A stretch of 64,000 bases of DNA from a virus (Duplodnaviria > Caudoviricetes), in IMG/VR virus record IMGVR_UViG_3300020440_000009, positions 1-64,000 of that record; one strand, written 5' to 3'. The position numbers and the translations under genes were made by a program. This document shows, piece after piece, positions 29,867 to 38,780 of the stretch. Each line of letters opens with the position of its first letter. The stretch's first letter is position 1. Below the pieces are notes generated by a model. The model had not been told where the DNA came from. It ran no database searches and worked only from the letters and a program-made list of their open reading frames with translations.

Positions 29867-30093
29867 TAGATTCTCATTCCGTTATTCTTCTTCATCTCTT
29901 CGAGTTTTTGCTTCTCAGCTTCGGCTCTTTCGTCAATTATATTTACAATCCTACTGACATAGAAGTTGTACTCAATTAGAGATAGATTATCAAAAACAAA
30001 AGGATTAACATTAAAGTCTACTAATAGATTAGTTTCTGACATAATTATAGAGGAATATACCGACTTAAAGAGATTTATGATTAGATAAAATTT
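29866..30093 (-). CDS. gp51: gp51-like baseplate hub assembly/tail chaperone segment, absent from the ORF track; probably expressed by -1 frameshift from gp26
   Basis: Manual translation of the -1 frame: KFYLIINLFKSVYSSIIMSETNLLVDFNVNPFVFDNLSLIEYNFYVSRIVNIIDERAEAEKQKLEEMKKNNGMRI*. The stop overlaps the next ATG (TAATG at 29866). The only early ATG (30042) has no SD. Confidence 0.7.
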   Translation of the reverse strand, partial: KFYLIINLFKSVYSSIIMSETNLLVDFNVNPFVFDNLSLIEYNFYVSRIVNIIDERAEAEKQKLEEMKKNNGMRI

Positions 30094-30875
30094 GACGCCG
30101 GAGCTTCACCTCCTATCTCGGCACCACATTTTTTGCAGTGTCCAGATAAATCCTGTGAACTGTACATTTCATCTACCAAATCAGATACATGTGTATCGGT
30201 GGATTCCTTTGTTATCTTATTTTTAAGTAAAGAAGCTGGTAGTAATTCAAAATTCTGTATAAATTGTAAAATAGAATCTTCTTCATCGTCATGTGATAAT
30301 TCTACATCATCAACTGATTTATTTGAAAATGATATTTTTATATTGTTAATAAAAAGTTTGAATAAATCTTCAGCCTTAATCTTTTCACCTTGTAGTAAGT
30401 AATAAAATCCATACATCTGTCTAACAGTTGGTATTGATATTTTACAAGTCAGTCTATCATCCGCTTCATTATTAAAAAATATTTCTTTATATTCGTACTG
30501 ATTTAAATCATTTATAACTTTATCTGAATCAAGTTTCAAAACATTCTCTTCATTACATTCAGGACAATTTATTTTAAAGTCTGAGATCATGTCATTTGTA
30601 GAAAGAAGTTCAAACATAATCTTCATTCTATCAAACTCTGACATGTTCGCCATGTTTATATCTTCATGACATAGAGACTTTATCATTGCACAAAGAGATT
30701 CATATATTTCAAAAGGCTTTTCTTCTGATGCTAACAAAGTCTTAGTAAGTGTTTTTAGCTGTGCAACCGTTAATGCTTTAAAGCCATATTCTCTACCTTT
30801 AACAGGTAGGTAAATTTTATGAACTGTTGTGTTCATACCAGAGTTTAGAGCCTCTAAGAGTGCTTCATTATTCAT
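30081..30875 (-). CDS. gp26: Baseplate hub assembly chaperone, T4 gp26-like
   Basis: KIYLPVKGREYGFKALTVAQLKTL resembles the gp26 N-terminus; Zn-ribbon CPEC and CKKC; synteny. Confidence 0.8.
   Translation of the reverse strand: MNNEALLEALNSGMNTTVHKIYLPVKGREYGFKALTVAQLKTLTKTLLASEEKPFEIYESLCAMIKSLCHEDINMANMSEFDRMKIMFELLSTNDMISDFKINCPECNEENVLKLDSDKVINDLNQYEYKEIFFNNEADDRLTCKISIPTVRQMYGFYYLLQGEKIKAEDLFKLFINNIKISFSNKSVDDVELSHDDEEDSILQFIQNFELLPASLLKNKITKESTDTHVSDLVDEMYSSQDLSGHCKKCGAEIGGEAPASNFI
30087..30114 (-). promoter_or_regulatory. Candidate -1 ribosomal frameshift signal: internal SD AGGAGGT, 14 nt spacer, slippery heptamer A_AAT_TTT
   Basis: Minus strand reads ATAGGAGGTGAAGCTCCGGCGTCAAATTTTATCTAA; the heptamer fits X_XXY_YYZ one sense codon before the gp26 stop. 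Confidence 0.65.
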
Positions 30876-30889
30876 AATTTCTCCTTAAC

Positions 30890-31750
30890 TTACAAGAAAG
30901 GTATATCATCTAGAGTCTTATTAATTCCAGTTGTTATTTTTCTTTCTAACTTATCCACAACATATTTATCAAAGGCTCTTTCTATTCTACCCTTAAGCTG
31001 TTTAGTTGAAGATTTGACATACATACAATCAAAAGCAAAGGTAACTCTTCTTGTTAAAACTTCTTCACCACCATGTGATGGTGATAAAGTTTCAATACCA
31101 ACAGGGTAAACATTCTTTAATATATATTCAAACATCCTCTTTTTATCTTCAGAGTCAAAAAATGCTATTCTCAAAATACACTTTGTAAAAGGTCTATCAT
31201 CATACTGCCATTCATTTGCTGTTGTTTCTCTTAACCAATAATAAAAGACATGCTCATGTAGTGAAAATTCTGTTGATAAAAAGTCCACTGTAAAAGTATT
31301 TGCAGTTGGCTGTATATAAATTCCTGTATTTGACACATTTCCATAGTAAGTAGATTCGGTATCTGGCGTTAAGTAACCTTCAAAATCAGGTAAATCAATA
31401 CCTTGTATAAAATACTTTAATGCTTCGGCTGTTCTTTCTTTAGTTGACTTTACGAACAACTGCTCAACTCTTGATTGAAAAGGCTTAAAAGACCAAATAC
31501 AGTTAAAGTAATAAGGTTTTTGAATTACAGTTGCTAATATCTTTTCTTGTAAGGGACTGTCTGTTCCAAATCTATTAAAGAATTGAATTATATTATCATT
31601 AACACTCGTTATGCCTAAATAAGAAGCAAGTGGATTATCTTTTATTGGTAATCTATCAATAAGATTGTCCAAAGGTGCGACTGAGTTGATCGCATCATCA
31701 ACAAAGTTATTAAATCTATCACTTAAATTTGGTTTATTAGGTTCCGCCAT
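30890..31750 (-). CDS. Tail-tube-fold baseplate protein (gp54-like tube initiator)
   Basis: FIQGIDLP...FTVDFL...VFYYWL...YILKNVYPVGIE.L......VLTRRVTFAFD is the gp19/gp54 fold pattern. Confidence 0.7.
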   Translation of the reverse strand: MAEPNKPNLSDRFNNFVDDAINSVAPLDNLIDRLPIKDNPLASYLGITSVNDNIIQFFNRFGTDSPLQEKILATVIQKPYYFNCIWSFKPFQSRVEQLFVKSTKERTAEALKYFIQGIDLPDFEGYLTPDTESTYYGNVSNTGIYIQPTANTFTVDFLSTEFSLHEHVFYYWLRETTANEWQYDDRPFTKCILRIAFFDSEDKKRMFEYILKNVYPVGIETLSPSHGGEEVLTRRVTFAFDCMYVKSSTKQLKGRIERAFDKYVVDKLERKITTGINKTLDDIPFL

Positions 31751-31766
31751 AATACTATTTACTTAC

Positions 31767-32390
31767 TTATGAGTTTAAAGTTCCTTGATATTTCACTCTT
31801 CCGTTAACTATTAAATACTTTTCGAATTGTATATTTTCAAAATCTTTAGCCAACTTATCAGCTATATTTACATTTTCAACATGATCATCATATATCTTAA
31901 CAACTGATACTTCGGGATTTCTTAAATATCTTCTCATAATGTATTCTTTTCTCTCAGGTATGGTACCTTTCTTTAGATTACCAGATAGTTCAAATCGGAT
32001 CCTCTTATCGTTTACCCTCAATCCAACTTCTCTGAATTTGTCCTTAAAAAGCCTGTTGTCATCAAAGTTGGGTCTTGCTGTTAAAAATATAATTCTACTA
32101 CTTTTATTTGCAAATTCTTTCTTGACTCTATCTAATGTATCCTTTATTATCTTAGATGTGGTCTTAAAAAGTTTTCCACTTAAAAACTGTGAAAAATCAA
32201 ATTCTTCGTTGTCTTTCAGTTCATAACTGTTAAATTCTTGATTTGATAATTGTTTAATTTCTTTTTTAGTTTTTTTGTCACGAACAACTATCATAGCAAA
32301 AGTATTAAAAACAGTTTCATCAATATCAAAGAAATTTAATATTATGTTTTTATTACTTTGTTCTTCTAAAAATTCAAGGTAGCTTTTCAT
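31767..32390 (-). CDS. HAD-superfamily phosphatase with a T4 internal-protein-like N-terminal capsid targeting sequence
   Basis: HAD motifs FFDIDET, IFLTAR, KIYDD; N-terminus MKSYLEFLEE. Confidence 0.8.
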   Translation of the reverse strand: MKSYLEFLEEQSNKNIILNFFDIDETVFNTFAMIVVRDKKTKKEIKQLSNQEFNSYELKDNEEFDFSQFLSGKLFKTTSKIIKDTLDRVKKEFANKSSRIIFLTARPNFDDNRLFKDKFREVGLRVNDKRIRFELSGNLKKGTIPERKEYIMRRYLRNPEVSVVKIYDDHVENVNIADKLAKDFENIQFEKYLIVNGRVKYQGTLNS

Positions 32391-32698
32391 TATTTAAATA
32401 TAGACGGACTAATGCTCTTTTGTTTTTTAATAGCAGGTACTGGAACCTTCATAATTTCTAACTTAGAAACTGTTTTAAGAACATTGTCGATGATTCTTCG
32501 AACATCAGGACTTTTCGTTTGTCTCAAGAGAACAGCTAAAAATTGTCTTAGTTCGTAATATGTTAGTCCACCTTCTGCTTCGTTTACTAACTGCAAATTC
32601 TCAAATATGTTACCACTCTTGGACTCAATCAAAACTTTTGAATCCATTTTTGAAATAAATTGTTTCAATTCACCTAAACATTTTTCCGAAATAGTCAT
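32390..32698 (-). CDS. Hypothetical late protein
   Basis: 102 aa ORF coupled (TAATG) to the HAD gene and 4 nt from gp13. Confidence 0.65.
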   Translation of the reverse strand: MTISEKCLGELKQFISKMDSKVLIESKSGNIFENLQLVNEAEGGLTYYELRQFLAVLLRQTKSPDVRRIIDNVLKTVSKLEIMKVPVPAIKKQKSISPSIFK

Positions 32699-32702
32699 GT
32701 AC

Positions 32703-33449
32703 TTATCCTATATAAAAAGCATTGTGAGGTCCAGTCCACTTGACAATCTCATCAGTCCACTTTTCCCACTCTGCTTGACCTTGTTCTCCGACTGATGTAT
32801 CAACTGTTCCTCCCCCAGGAAGCTGTACACCTTCGAATTTACTTCTTACTAAACCTAGAATTATTTTAGCTTTTGCTAATGCTAATCTTTTCACATACCA
32901 ATTACCTACAAGTTCACTTATTGGTGGTACTGTCTTGATACCCATAACAATGTAACCCTCTTTATTTTGCTGAATAGGGTCAGGGAATAACTTAAGGGTC
33001 TGTGTATGGGAGTTATAATTAAAATCGAATCTTTGAGATAACATTCTTTTTGACATATCAACAAACTGACTAGCTAGTTCAAAAGATACATAACTTGTGT
33101 TCATTCCATAGTGAAAAGGTAAGATACCTTGATTAGCCATCTGATTTTCGATAGAGAATAAAGTATTTATTCCTCCGTCTAGTTCTTCTTCTAGTGCGAA
33201 AACGGATTTTGCGTTGTATGCTGATAGTGACATACCTGTACCTTGTGTGTAACCACTTAAAGGTAACATAACATAGTTGTCTCCCATTTCTGCATATTCT
33301 GTATAAAATTCTATTGCATCATTAATTGATGTTGTTAATTGATCGTCTGTTAATTCTACTGTGATAAGAGGATCACCTAGTTGTTTTAATATCCAACTTT
33401 GTAAACCAGAGAGAGTTGTTGTTGATTGATTGATATATGTACCGGCCAT
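32703..33449 (-). CDS. gp13: Neck protein, T4 gp13-like
   Basis: LQSWILKQLGDPLITVELTDDQL..SINDAIEFY.EY and WYVKRLALAKAKIILG.VRSKFEGVQLPGG.T motifs. Confidence 0.9.
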   Translation of the reverse strand: MAGTYINQSTTTLSGLQSWILKQLGDPLITVELTDDQLTTSINDAIEFYTEYAEMGDNYVMLPLSGYTQGTGMSLSAYNAKSVFALEEELDGGINTLFSIENQMANQGILPFHYGMNTSYVSFELASQFVDMSKRMLSQRFDFNYNSHTQTLKLFPDPIQQNKEGYIVMGIKTVPPISELVGNWYVKRLALAKAKIILGLVRSKFEGVQLPGGGTVDTSVGEQGQAEWEKWTDEIVKWTGPHNAFYIG

Positions 33450-33476
33450 AATTAATTCCTATTTATTATACATCGG

Positions 33477-33507
33477 TATTTACAAAAAAACCTAGAAATT
33501 GTAAATA
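33477..33507. promoter_or_regulatory. Back-to-back divergent late promoter candidates (GTAAATA on each strand) for gp13 and terminase
   Basis: tatttac at 33477-33483 and gtaaata at 33501-33507 form an inverted repeat in the divergent intergenic gap. Confidence 0.65.
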
Positions 33508-33547
33508 ACCTAACCAAAGTATAGTTATAAAATATGAGGAAAATCTA

Positions 33548-35380
33548 ATGGGTGTCAATGACGACTTTATAAGAGGTAATGAAAATCTCAAAAAACCTAA
33601 CACTGTAATACATGTTTCTGAAACTCAACAACAAGAATACATTCAGGAACTGATGAAGTGTAAGGACGATATTGTTTATTTTGCTGAAAAGTATTTTACT
33701 ATTATATCACCAGCAAAAGGAAAGCATCTTATTAAGCTATATCCTAAACAAAAGAAGCTTTTGAGAGCTATGGTCGATGAAAAAAGACTTATATCACTTG
33801 CATCTCGACAGGTTGGTAAAACAACAACATATACGATATATGCACTACATCAAACAATATTCTATCCTGAACAGGGTGTGCTTATTGCGGCCAACAAAAA
33901 GGATACAGCACTTGAGATTCTTAGTAGAATACAAATGGCTTATGAATGCTTACCAGCCTGGCTAAAACCGGGACTTATTGAATATAATAAAGGTAAAGTT
34001 AAGTTTGCTAATCTGTCAACAATACAAGGTGTTGCAACAGGTTCATCATCTGCTCGTGGTTCTTCCGCTAAAATTCTAATTCTTGACGAGTTTAGCTTTG
34101 TACCAAACAATATATGTCGTGAGTTTTGGAACTCTGTTTATCCTGTTATCTCATCATCAAAAGACTCAAAAGTGATAGTCGTATCAACACCTAACGGGGT
34201 TGGCAACCTTTACCATAGTCTTTGGGAAAAATCACAAAGTGGTGAACAAGATGCAGAAGGTGAAGGCTGGAAAGGAATCCGAATAGACTGGTATGATGTT
34301 CCAGGTAGAGATGAAGCATGGAAGAAACAACAGATTGAGGCATTGGGTCAAGCCGATTTTGACCAAGAGTTTGGTAATTCATTCTTATCATCATCGACAC
34401 CAAAACTCATATCAGATAAGCTTATTCAAGAGTTTAGAACATTCGCTGAGGATCATGAAGACTTCGGAAGAGATATTTCGCTAGAGGTTTATCAAAACAA
34501 AGAATTTAAATACAAAGTCTATCATGAGCATATGGTGGATAGGTCATATTTAATATCATTCGATGTGGGTAATGGTGTTGGTGTAGACGCATCTGTTGCC
34601 TATGTGTTTGATGTTACTGATATGAGCAACATCGTTCAGTGTGCAAAATTTTCCGATAACAAGGTTGCCACAAATGAATTTTCTTATATAGTTTACAAAA
34701 TGTATGAACACTATGGTAGATGCTGGATTGCAGGTGAAGCCAACTCAATAGGTAAATCAGTCTTTGACTTGTTGATTCAACTCTACGGTGTTGAAAACTT
34801 TGTGAGTATGAACAAAGGAAAACCGGGTATTTTAAGCCATGCACAAATAAAATCAAAAGCCTGTAGATTCGTTAAAAACTTACTAAGTAATCCATCTGTT
34901 AGTATCAAACTATACGATGAAAATTTAATTAATGAGATGGAGTGGTTTGTTCAAAAAGATACTGTAAAACATGTTCTTTATCATGCCTTGCAAGGAAAAC
35001 ACGATGACCACATGCTTTCTTTTATATGGGGTTTGTACACATTAAACGATTATGATATAGAAAACTATTTCTCAATACTTCAATATGTTAAAACACCAAT
35101 AGGTGAAACATTACCTTTGTATATACAAAGTCTTTTAAACACAAGAGAGGTGAATACTGATACAGTAAGTATTCTCGATCTAGCTTGGAGAAAACAAAAA
35201 GAAAAAGATGACGAAGAGTTAATGAAGAAAAGAGCATTAAGTAAACCTAAAATGGAATATTTTGACAAGAAGCCAACTCAACCAGGTATCTTAGGTAAAA
35301 TGGAATTACTTGAAAAACAAGAGGATGGACTATCTGATGGCTTATCATTTTTTATAGGTGGTCACTATGATGAGTGGTAA
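33548..35380 (+). CDS. terL: Terminase large subunit, T4 gp17-like
   Basis: Walker A SRQVGKTT, Walker B ILILDEFSF, motif III VSTPNG, QEFGNSF, nuclease SFDVGNGVGVDAS and HDD. Confidence 0.96.
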   Translation: MGVNDDFIRGNENLKKPNTVIHVSETQQQEYIQELMKCKDDIVYFAEKYFTIISPAKGKHLIKLYPKQKKLLRAMVDEKRLISLASRQVGKTTTYTIYALHQTIFYPEQGVLIAANKKDTALEILSRIQMAYECLPAWLKPGLIEYNKGKVKFANLSTIQGVATGSSSARGSSAKILILDEFSFVPNNICREFWNSVYPVISSSKDSKVIVVSTPNGVGNLYHSLWEKSQSGEQDAEGEGWKGIRIDWYDVPGRDEAWKKQQIEALGQADFDQEFGNSFLSSSTPKLISDKLIQEFRTFAEDHEDFGRDISLEVYQNKEFKYKVYHEHMVDRSYLISFDVGNGVGVDASVAYVFDVTDMSNIVQCAKFSDNKVATNEFSYIVYKMYEHYGRCWIAGEANSIGKSVFDLLIQLYGVENFVSMNKGKPGILSHAQIKSKACRFVKNLLSNPSVSIKLYDENLINEMEWFVQKDTVKHVLYHALQGKHDDHMLSFIWGLYTLNDYDIENYFSILQYVKTPIGETLPLYIQSLLNTREVNTDTVSILDLAWRKQKEKDDEELMKKRALSKPKMEYFDKKPTQPGILGKMELLEKQEDGLSDGLSFFIGGHYDEW

Positions 35381-35384
35381 AAGT

Positions 35385-35391
35385 GTAAATA
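35385..35391 (+). promoter_or_regulatory. Late promoter candidate GTAAATA upstream of the gp3-like gene
   Basis: Motif lies in the 32 nt gap, 21 nt before the ATG. Confidence 0.55.
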
Positions 35392-35412
35392 CCATAAACG
35401 CCCGGAGATAGA

Positions 35413-36102
35413 ATGACTTTACCAAACACTACAAATTTCGCTACCAATCTTAGATGGGTCGCAAATATACCTATGAATATATTGTTTCCCGATGAAAGCG
35501 ATATTAGTTTAAACTTAACAACATTCGATATACCAGAGGTTACTGTCGATGCTGTTGAAACACAATATCAAGGATACACAATAGAGACACCAAATGGTTT
35601 GCTAGACTCTGGTACAAAAGACTTATCTTTCGAGTATATTATTGATTCGGATATGAGAACATATTTCTTGCTTTATAAATGGGCAAGTTTATATACCAAA
35701 CACACATTGGATAATGTAGTTGAGAATGAAAACTATTCTAAAAAAGATCCTCAAACATCTAGGGTTCCGGTTTTTGTTTCAATATTAGATGAGTATAAAA
35801 ATGTGATTATGAAAATAAAATATCACAACTGTTGGATTAAAAACTTTTCGAATTTAAGTCTATCTTATCAAGATGAACCTAAACCTTTAACACACAGCTT
35901 TACTTTTGCTTATGAAAGGTTTGAGATAGAGAGGGTTGTACCAGAAGGTTATCATATAATGCCCGATGGTAGCTTTATGCAAGGACCGTCTCATAATTCC
36001 GGTGCTAATACTGGATGGGACCAAACTACATTGAATGCACCTTTTAGTGCTAGTAATAGTGAATTGACAAGAGGTATTGCGACAGACCCTAATCCTTATT
36101 AA
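35413..36102 (+). CDS. gp3: Tail completion/terminator protein, T4 gp3-like (tube fold)
   Basis: TFDIPEVTV...LSFEYIIDSDMRTYFLLYKW...IKYHNCWIKNFSNLSL...HSFTFAYERFEI. Confidence 0.65.
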   Translation: MTLPNTTNFATNLRWVANIPMNILFPDESDISLNLTTFDIPEVTVDAVETQYQGYTIETPNGLLDSGTKDLSFEYIIDSDMRTYFLLYKWASLYTKHTLDNVVENENYSKKDPQTSRVPVFVSILDEYKNVIMKIKYHNCWIKNFSNLSLSYQDEPKPLTHSFTFAYERFEIERVVPEGYHIMPDGSFMQGPSHNSGANTGWDQTTLNAPFSASNSELTRGIATDPNPY

Positions 36103-36497
36103 TCTTCTTCAGTTGAATAAGAGGATGTTTTTAATAACACATTTCTTTCGGCCACAGTGAGCCAACTATCAATCGTGTAGCCTTTAGTGTCGAGCCACGT
36201 TTCCCAGTCCTGCAAGTCATCGTAGTTTATTGAACGAACCCGATAGGTGTCAGCTTGTCTAGCGGCTAGCGTAATAATTACGTTAGTGCCATCGTTAGAG
36301 TAAATCTTACCCAACGTGTACTCACCTACGTTCTTCTGCTCTGGCTCTTCCTCTGTACCTTTGTCAGACCAGTTAGCACCCTCTGGGATTGTCTCGTCTA
36401 GGAATGCTACAGGCACTTCCAAGAAAGCATACGGCACTCCGTTGGTGTGACGAAACTCGTCATACTTGTGTGGAATGTCTATAAGTTCTTCCGACAT
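36099..36497 (-). CDS. Small fibre-associated protein, elevated GC
   Basis: 132 aa acidic ORF directly after the LamG fibre; 28 of 60 bases are G+C in line 36301-36360. Confidence 0.6.
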   Translation of the reverse strand: MSEELIDIPHKYDEFRHTNGVPYAFLEVPVAFLDETIPEGANWSDKGTEEEPEQKNVGEYTLGKIYSNDGTNVIITLAARQADTYRVRSINYDDLQDWETWLDTKGYTIDSWLTVAERNVLLKTSSYSTEED

Positions 36498-36499
36498 TG

Positions 36500-38770
36500 T
36501 TAAATCTCCCTACCATCAAAATATTTAGTATTTACAGCGAATGTGGCGCCACTTGAAGCTCTCGTATAACTATTATCATACTCGACTAACTCTGTTACAA
36601 ATCCATCATTAGTTTTATTTATCCAAACACCCGATAAACCAGGTTCTACATTATTTTGAAAATCGGATAAACTACTGGCGGCCAATGATCTAGAATTAAA
36701 TGAAATTGAACACTCTGAATTGTTGTGTACGAACCCTGCGGAGTTATTAAATGTTGTGCCGTTTAATGTGGCGTAGTCTGCACTTACAAGCTCACCATCG
36801 TTATCTGCTACACGAGTACCCCAAAATGATTCTGTGCCACCAGAGCCTACTGTTACTGTGCCGTCATTGTCGTTAGTGGTTAGGTCTTGTACTGTGGTTG
36901 TGCCGATGTCGTTTTGGAAGTCAAACTCTTGAAGAACAGAGCCTCCTCTTGTTACCTTCCACGAATGAATTTCTACATTAGAATATTTACTTGGAGCGTT
37001 ATTTAGATTTCTTCCTCCTAGATAAGTATTTTGTGTAATTGTAGGAGTTGATTCGCTACTCATATCTACATTTAAAATATTATCTAAAGTAAATGTCCCA
37101 TCGCCATTATATACTATAGTATGAATTGAATTATCAACAGTTCCTGTGTCTGTAACACCACCACCAGCCGAAACACTATGGGCAAACCTCCAGTTACCTC
37201 CTTGTAGACCAAAGTACAAATTATTAGAACCCTCTCGGTTTCCAAATATAACAACATCAGCACTAGTGCTACCTTTGTATTTAAATTTACACTCGATAAC
37301 ATCAGTAGCGTTAATTGATATTCCTGTATCCACATAATCAGCCACCCCATCAAACGTAGCCACCTGCTTGGTCTTGGTGTTGAGTGCGGGGATTCGTTCT
37401 TTGGTGTAATCACCAGAGTCGGGGTTAACGGCAAAGTCATAATCAACAGCAATCGAACCATCTATGGTTAGTTTCCAAGTTTTCATTTTGCCATCAAAAT
37501 TAGCAGTATTACCAGTTCTTGCACCTATAATTGGATTGGCTATAACAATGTTGCCAAAACTAGTAGAGTCTTTAGTTGCTACAGAAGAACCATTTATATA
37601 AAAAGTAATTGTATCGCCATCTCTTTCAACTTTATATGTGTTAAAGTCAGAGCGGTCTGTTGGTGTAACATCTTGTTGAATAGTTGCTGTGCTTGCTGTA
37701 TCCCTTAAAAACCAGCGGAAACTTTCACCTGTACGACTTTCAAACTGTAGTATATCACCACCTTCTACCATACCAAAAGGTCTGCCATCACCAGTTCCAT
37801 CTCCAGATGAAGCTAATGTTGTCTCAAGCTCCCACGATGTGCCTAGCGTAAACCCAGAAGATAAATCAATGTGGTCACTACTACCATTAAACACAGCGTT
37901 AATATCAAACCCGTACTCGTGGTTCCAAGACTCGATGCCGTCTTCAGTAGTCCAAGTAGCACCATCAATTGTGCCGTGATTGCCGTTGCCGCTTACATCG
38001 TATGCTTTAGTTCCTGAACCTTCTGCCAATGGTGCGTGTAATAGTGTATCGCTACCAGAAGTGATAATAAGTTTTGACCCCTTACCCTCTAATGGAGACG
38101 CACCAGTATGACCAGCAAAAAATTTAAAAGCACCAGTAGCTTCTTCTACTGTTCTAGTTACTGCTGTATGCGTAGTAGTAGTGCCGCCAGTAGTTGTCTT
38201 TAACTGCAATGAGTTAGAGCCATTGTAAATAAGCTCAACATCATATTTTGTACTAGTAGTAAATGTGCCAGCAGGTGCTAATACAGTTGAGCCTTGTCCT
38301 CCTAGAAATGTAGTTGCAGAGCCATTAGAGTTTATTCTTACCCACCCTCTTCCTGTTCCTGTCCCTGCGGCTTGAGAAAACAAATCGCCTTGTGACTGTA
38401 AAGTGCTTGCAGTTTCTATGGTCGCCTTAACATTAAAAGCAGATGTGTTAAAGCTACCTAGCGAAAAATCAATTCTATCATCCGTTCCATCAAAGCTAAG
38501 GCAGTTTATACTTTTAAGGGTTGCATCACTTCCCTTTGTAGCAGGTAATGTTTTACCATCAGATGATGAACTTTCTAATCTAGTTGCTATAGTCACAGGA
38601 TTAGGTGCTTCTGTTCCTCCAGTTCCAATACCCGTTCTTTCATACGGAGCCACGACACCGGAGTCAACAGTATTAAATATGCGACCAGTGAACTGATCAG
38701 TATACTGTTTTGGTCCCATATACTTAGGTTTGTAGACCACCGATCCCGTATTTGTAATTTTAATCGGCAC
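36500..38770 (-). CDS. Virion fibre/decoration protein with about three LamG/concanavalin-A-like domains
   Basis: GTG start. Repeated xFDGxDDxID/FNGSSDHID/FDGVADYVD strands and GSGTKAYDVSGNGNHGTIDGATW are typical of LamG-like lectin modules. Confidence 0.75.
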   Translation of the reverse strand: MPIKITNTGSVVYKPKYMGPKQYTDQFTGRIFNTVDSGVVAPYERTGIGTGGTEAPNPVTIATRLESSSSDGKTLPATKGSDATLKSINCLSFDGTDDRIDFSLGSFNTSAFNVKATIETASTLQSQGDLFSQAAGTGTGRGWVRINSNGSATTFLGGQGSTVLAPAGTFTTSTKYDVELIYNGSNSLQLKTTTGGTTTTHTAVTRTVEEATGAFKFFAGHTGASPLEGKGSKLIITSGSDTLLHAPLAEGSGTKAYDVSGNGNHGTIDGATWTTEDGIESWNHEYGFDINAVFNGSSDHIDLSSGFTLGTSWELETTLASSGDGTGDGRPFGMVEGGDILQFESRTGESFRWFLRDTASTATIQQDVTPTDRSDFNTYKVERDGDTITFYINGSSVATKDSTSFGNIVIANPIIGARTGNTANFDGKMKTWKLTIDGSIAVDYDFAVNPDSGDYTKERIPALNTKTKQVATFDGVADYVDTGISINATDVIECKFKYKGSTSADVVIFGNREGSNNLYFGLQGGNWRFAHSVSAGGGVTDTGTVDNSIHTIVYNGDGTFTLDNILNVDMSSESTPTITQNTYLGGRNLNNAPSKYSNVEIHSWKVTRGGSVLQEFDFQNDIGTTTVQDLTTNDNDGTVTVGSGGTESFWGTRVADNDGELVSADYATLNGTTFNNSAGFVHNNSECSISFNSRSLAASSLSDFQNNVEPGLSGVWINKTNDGFVTELVEYDNSYTRASSGATFAVNTKYFDGREI

Positions 38771-38780
38771 TTATCTTACC

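Noticed and set aside
33548-35380. Intron or intein in the terminase
   Set aside because: The 610 aa ORF is continuous with normally spaced ATPase and nuclease motifs and no intein or homing-endonuclease signature.
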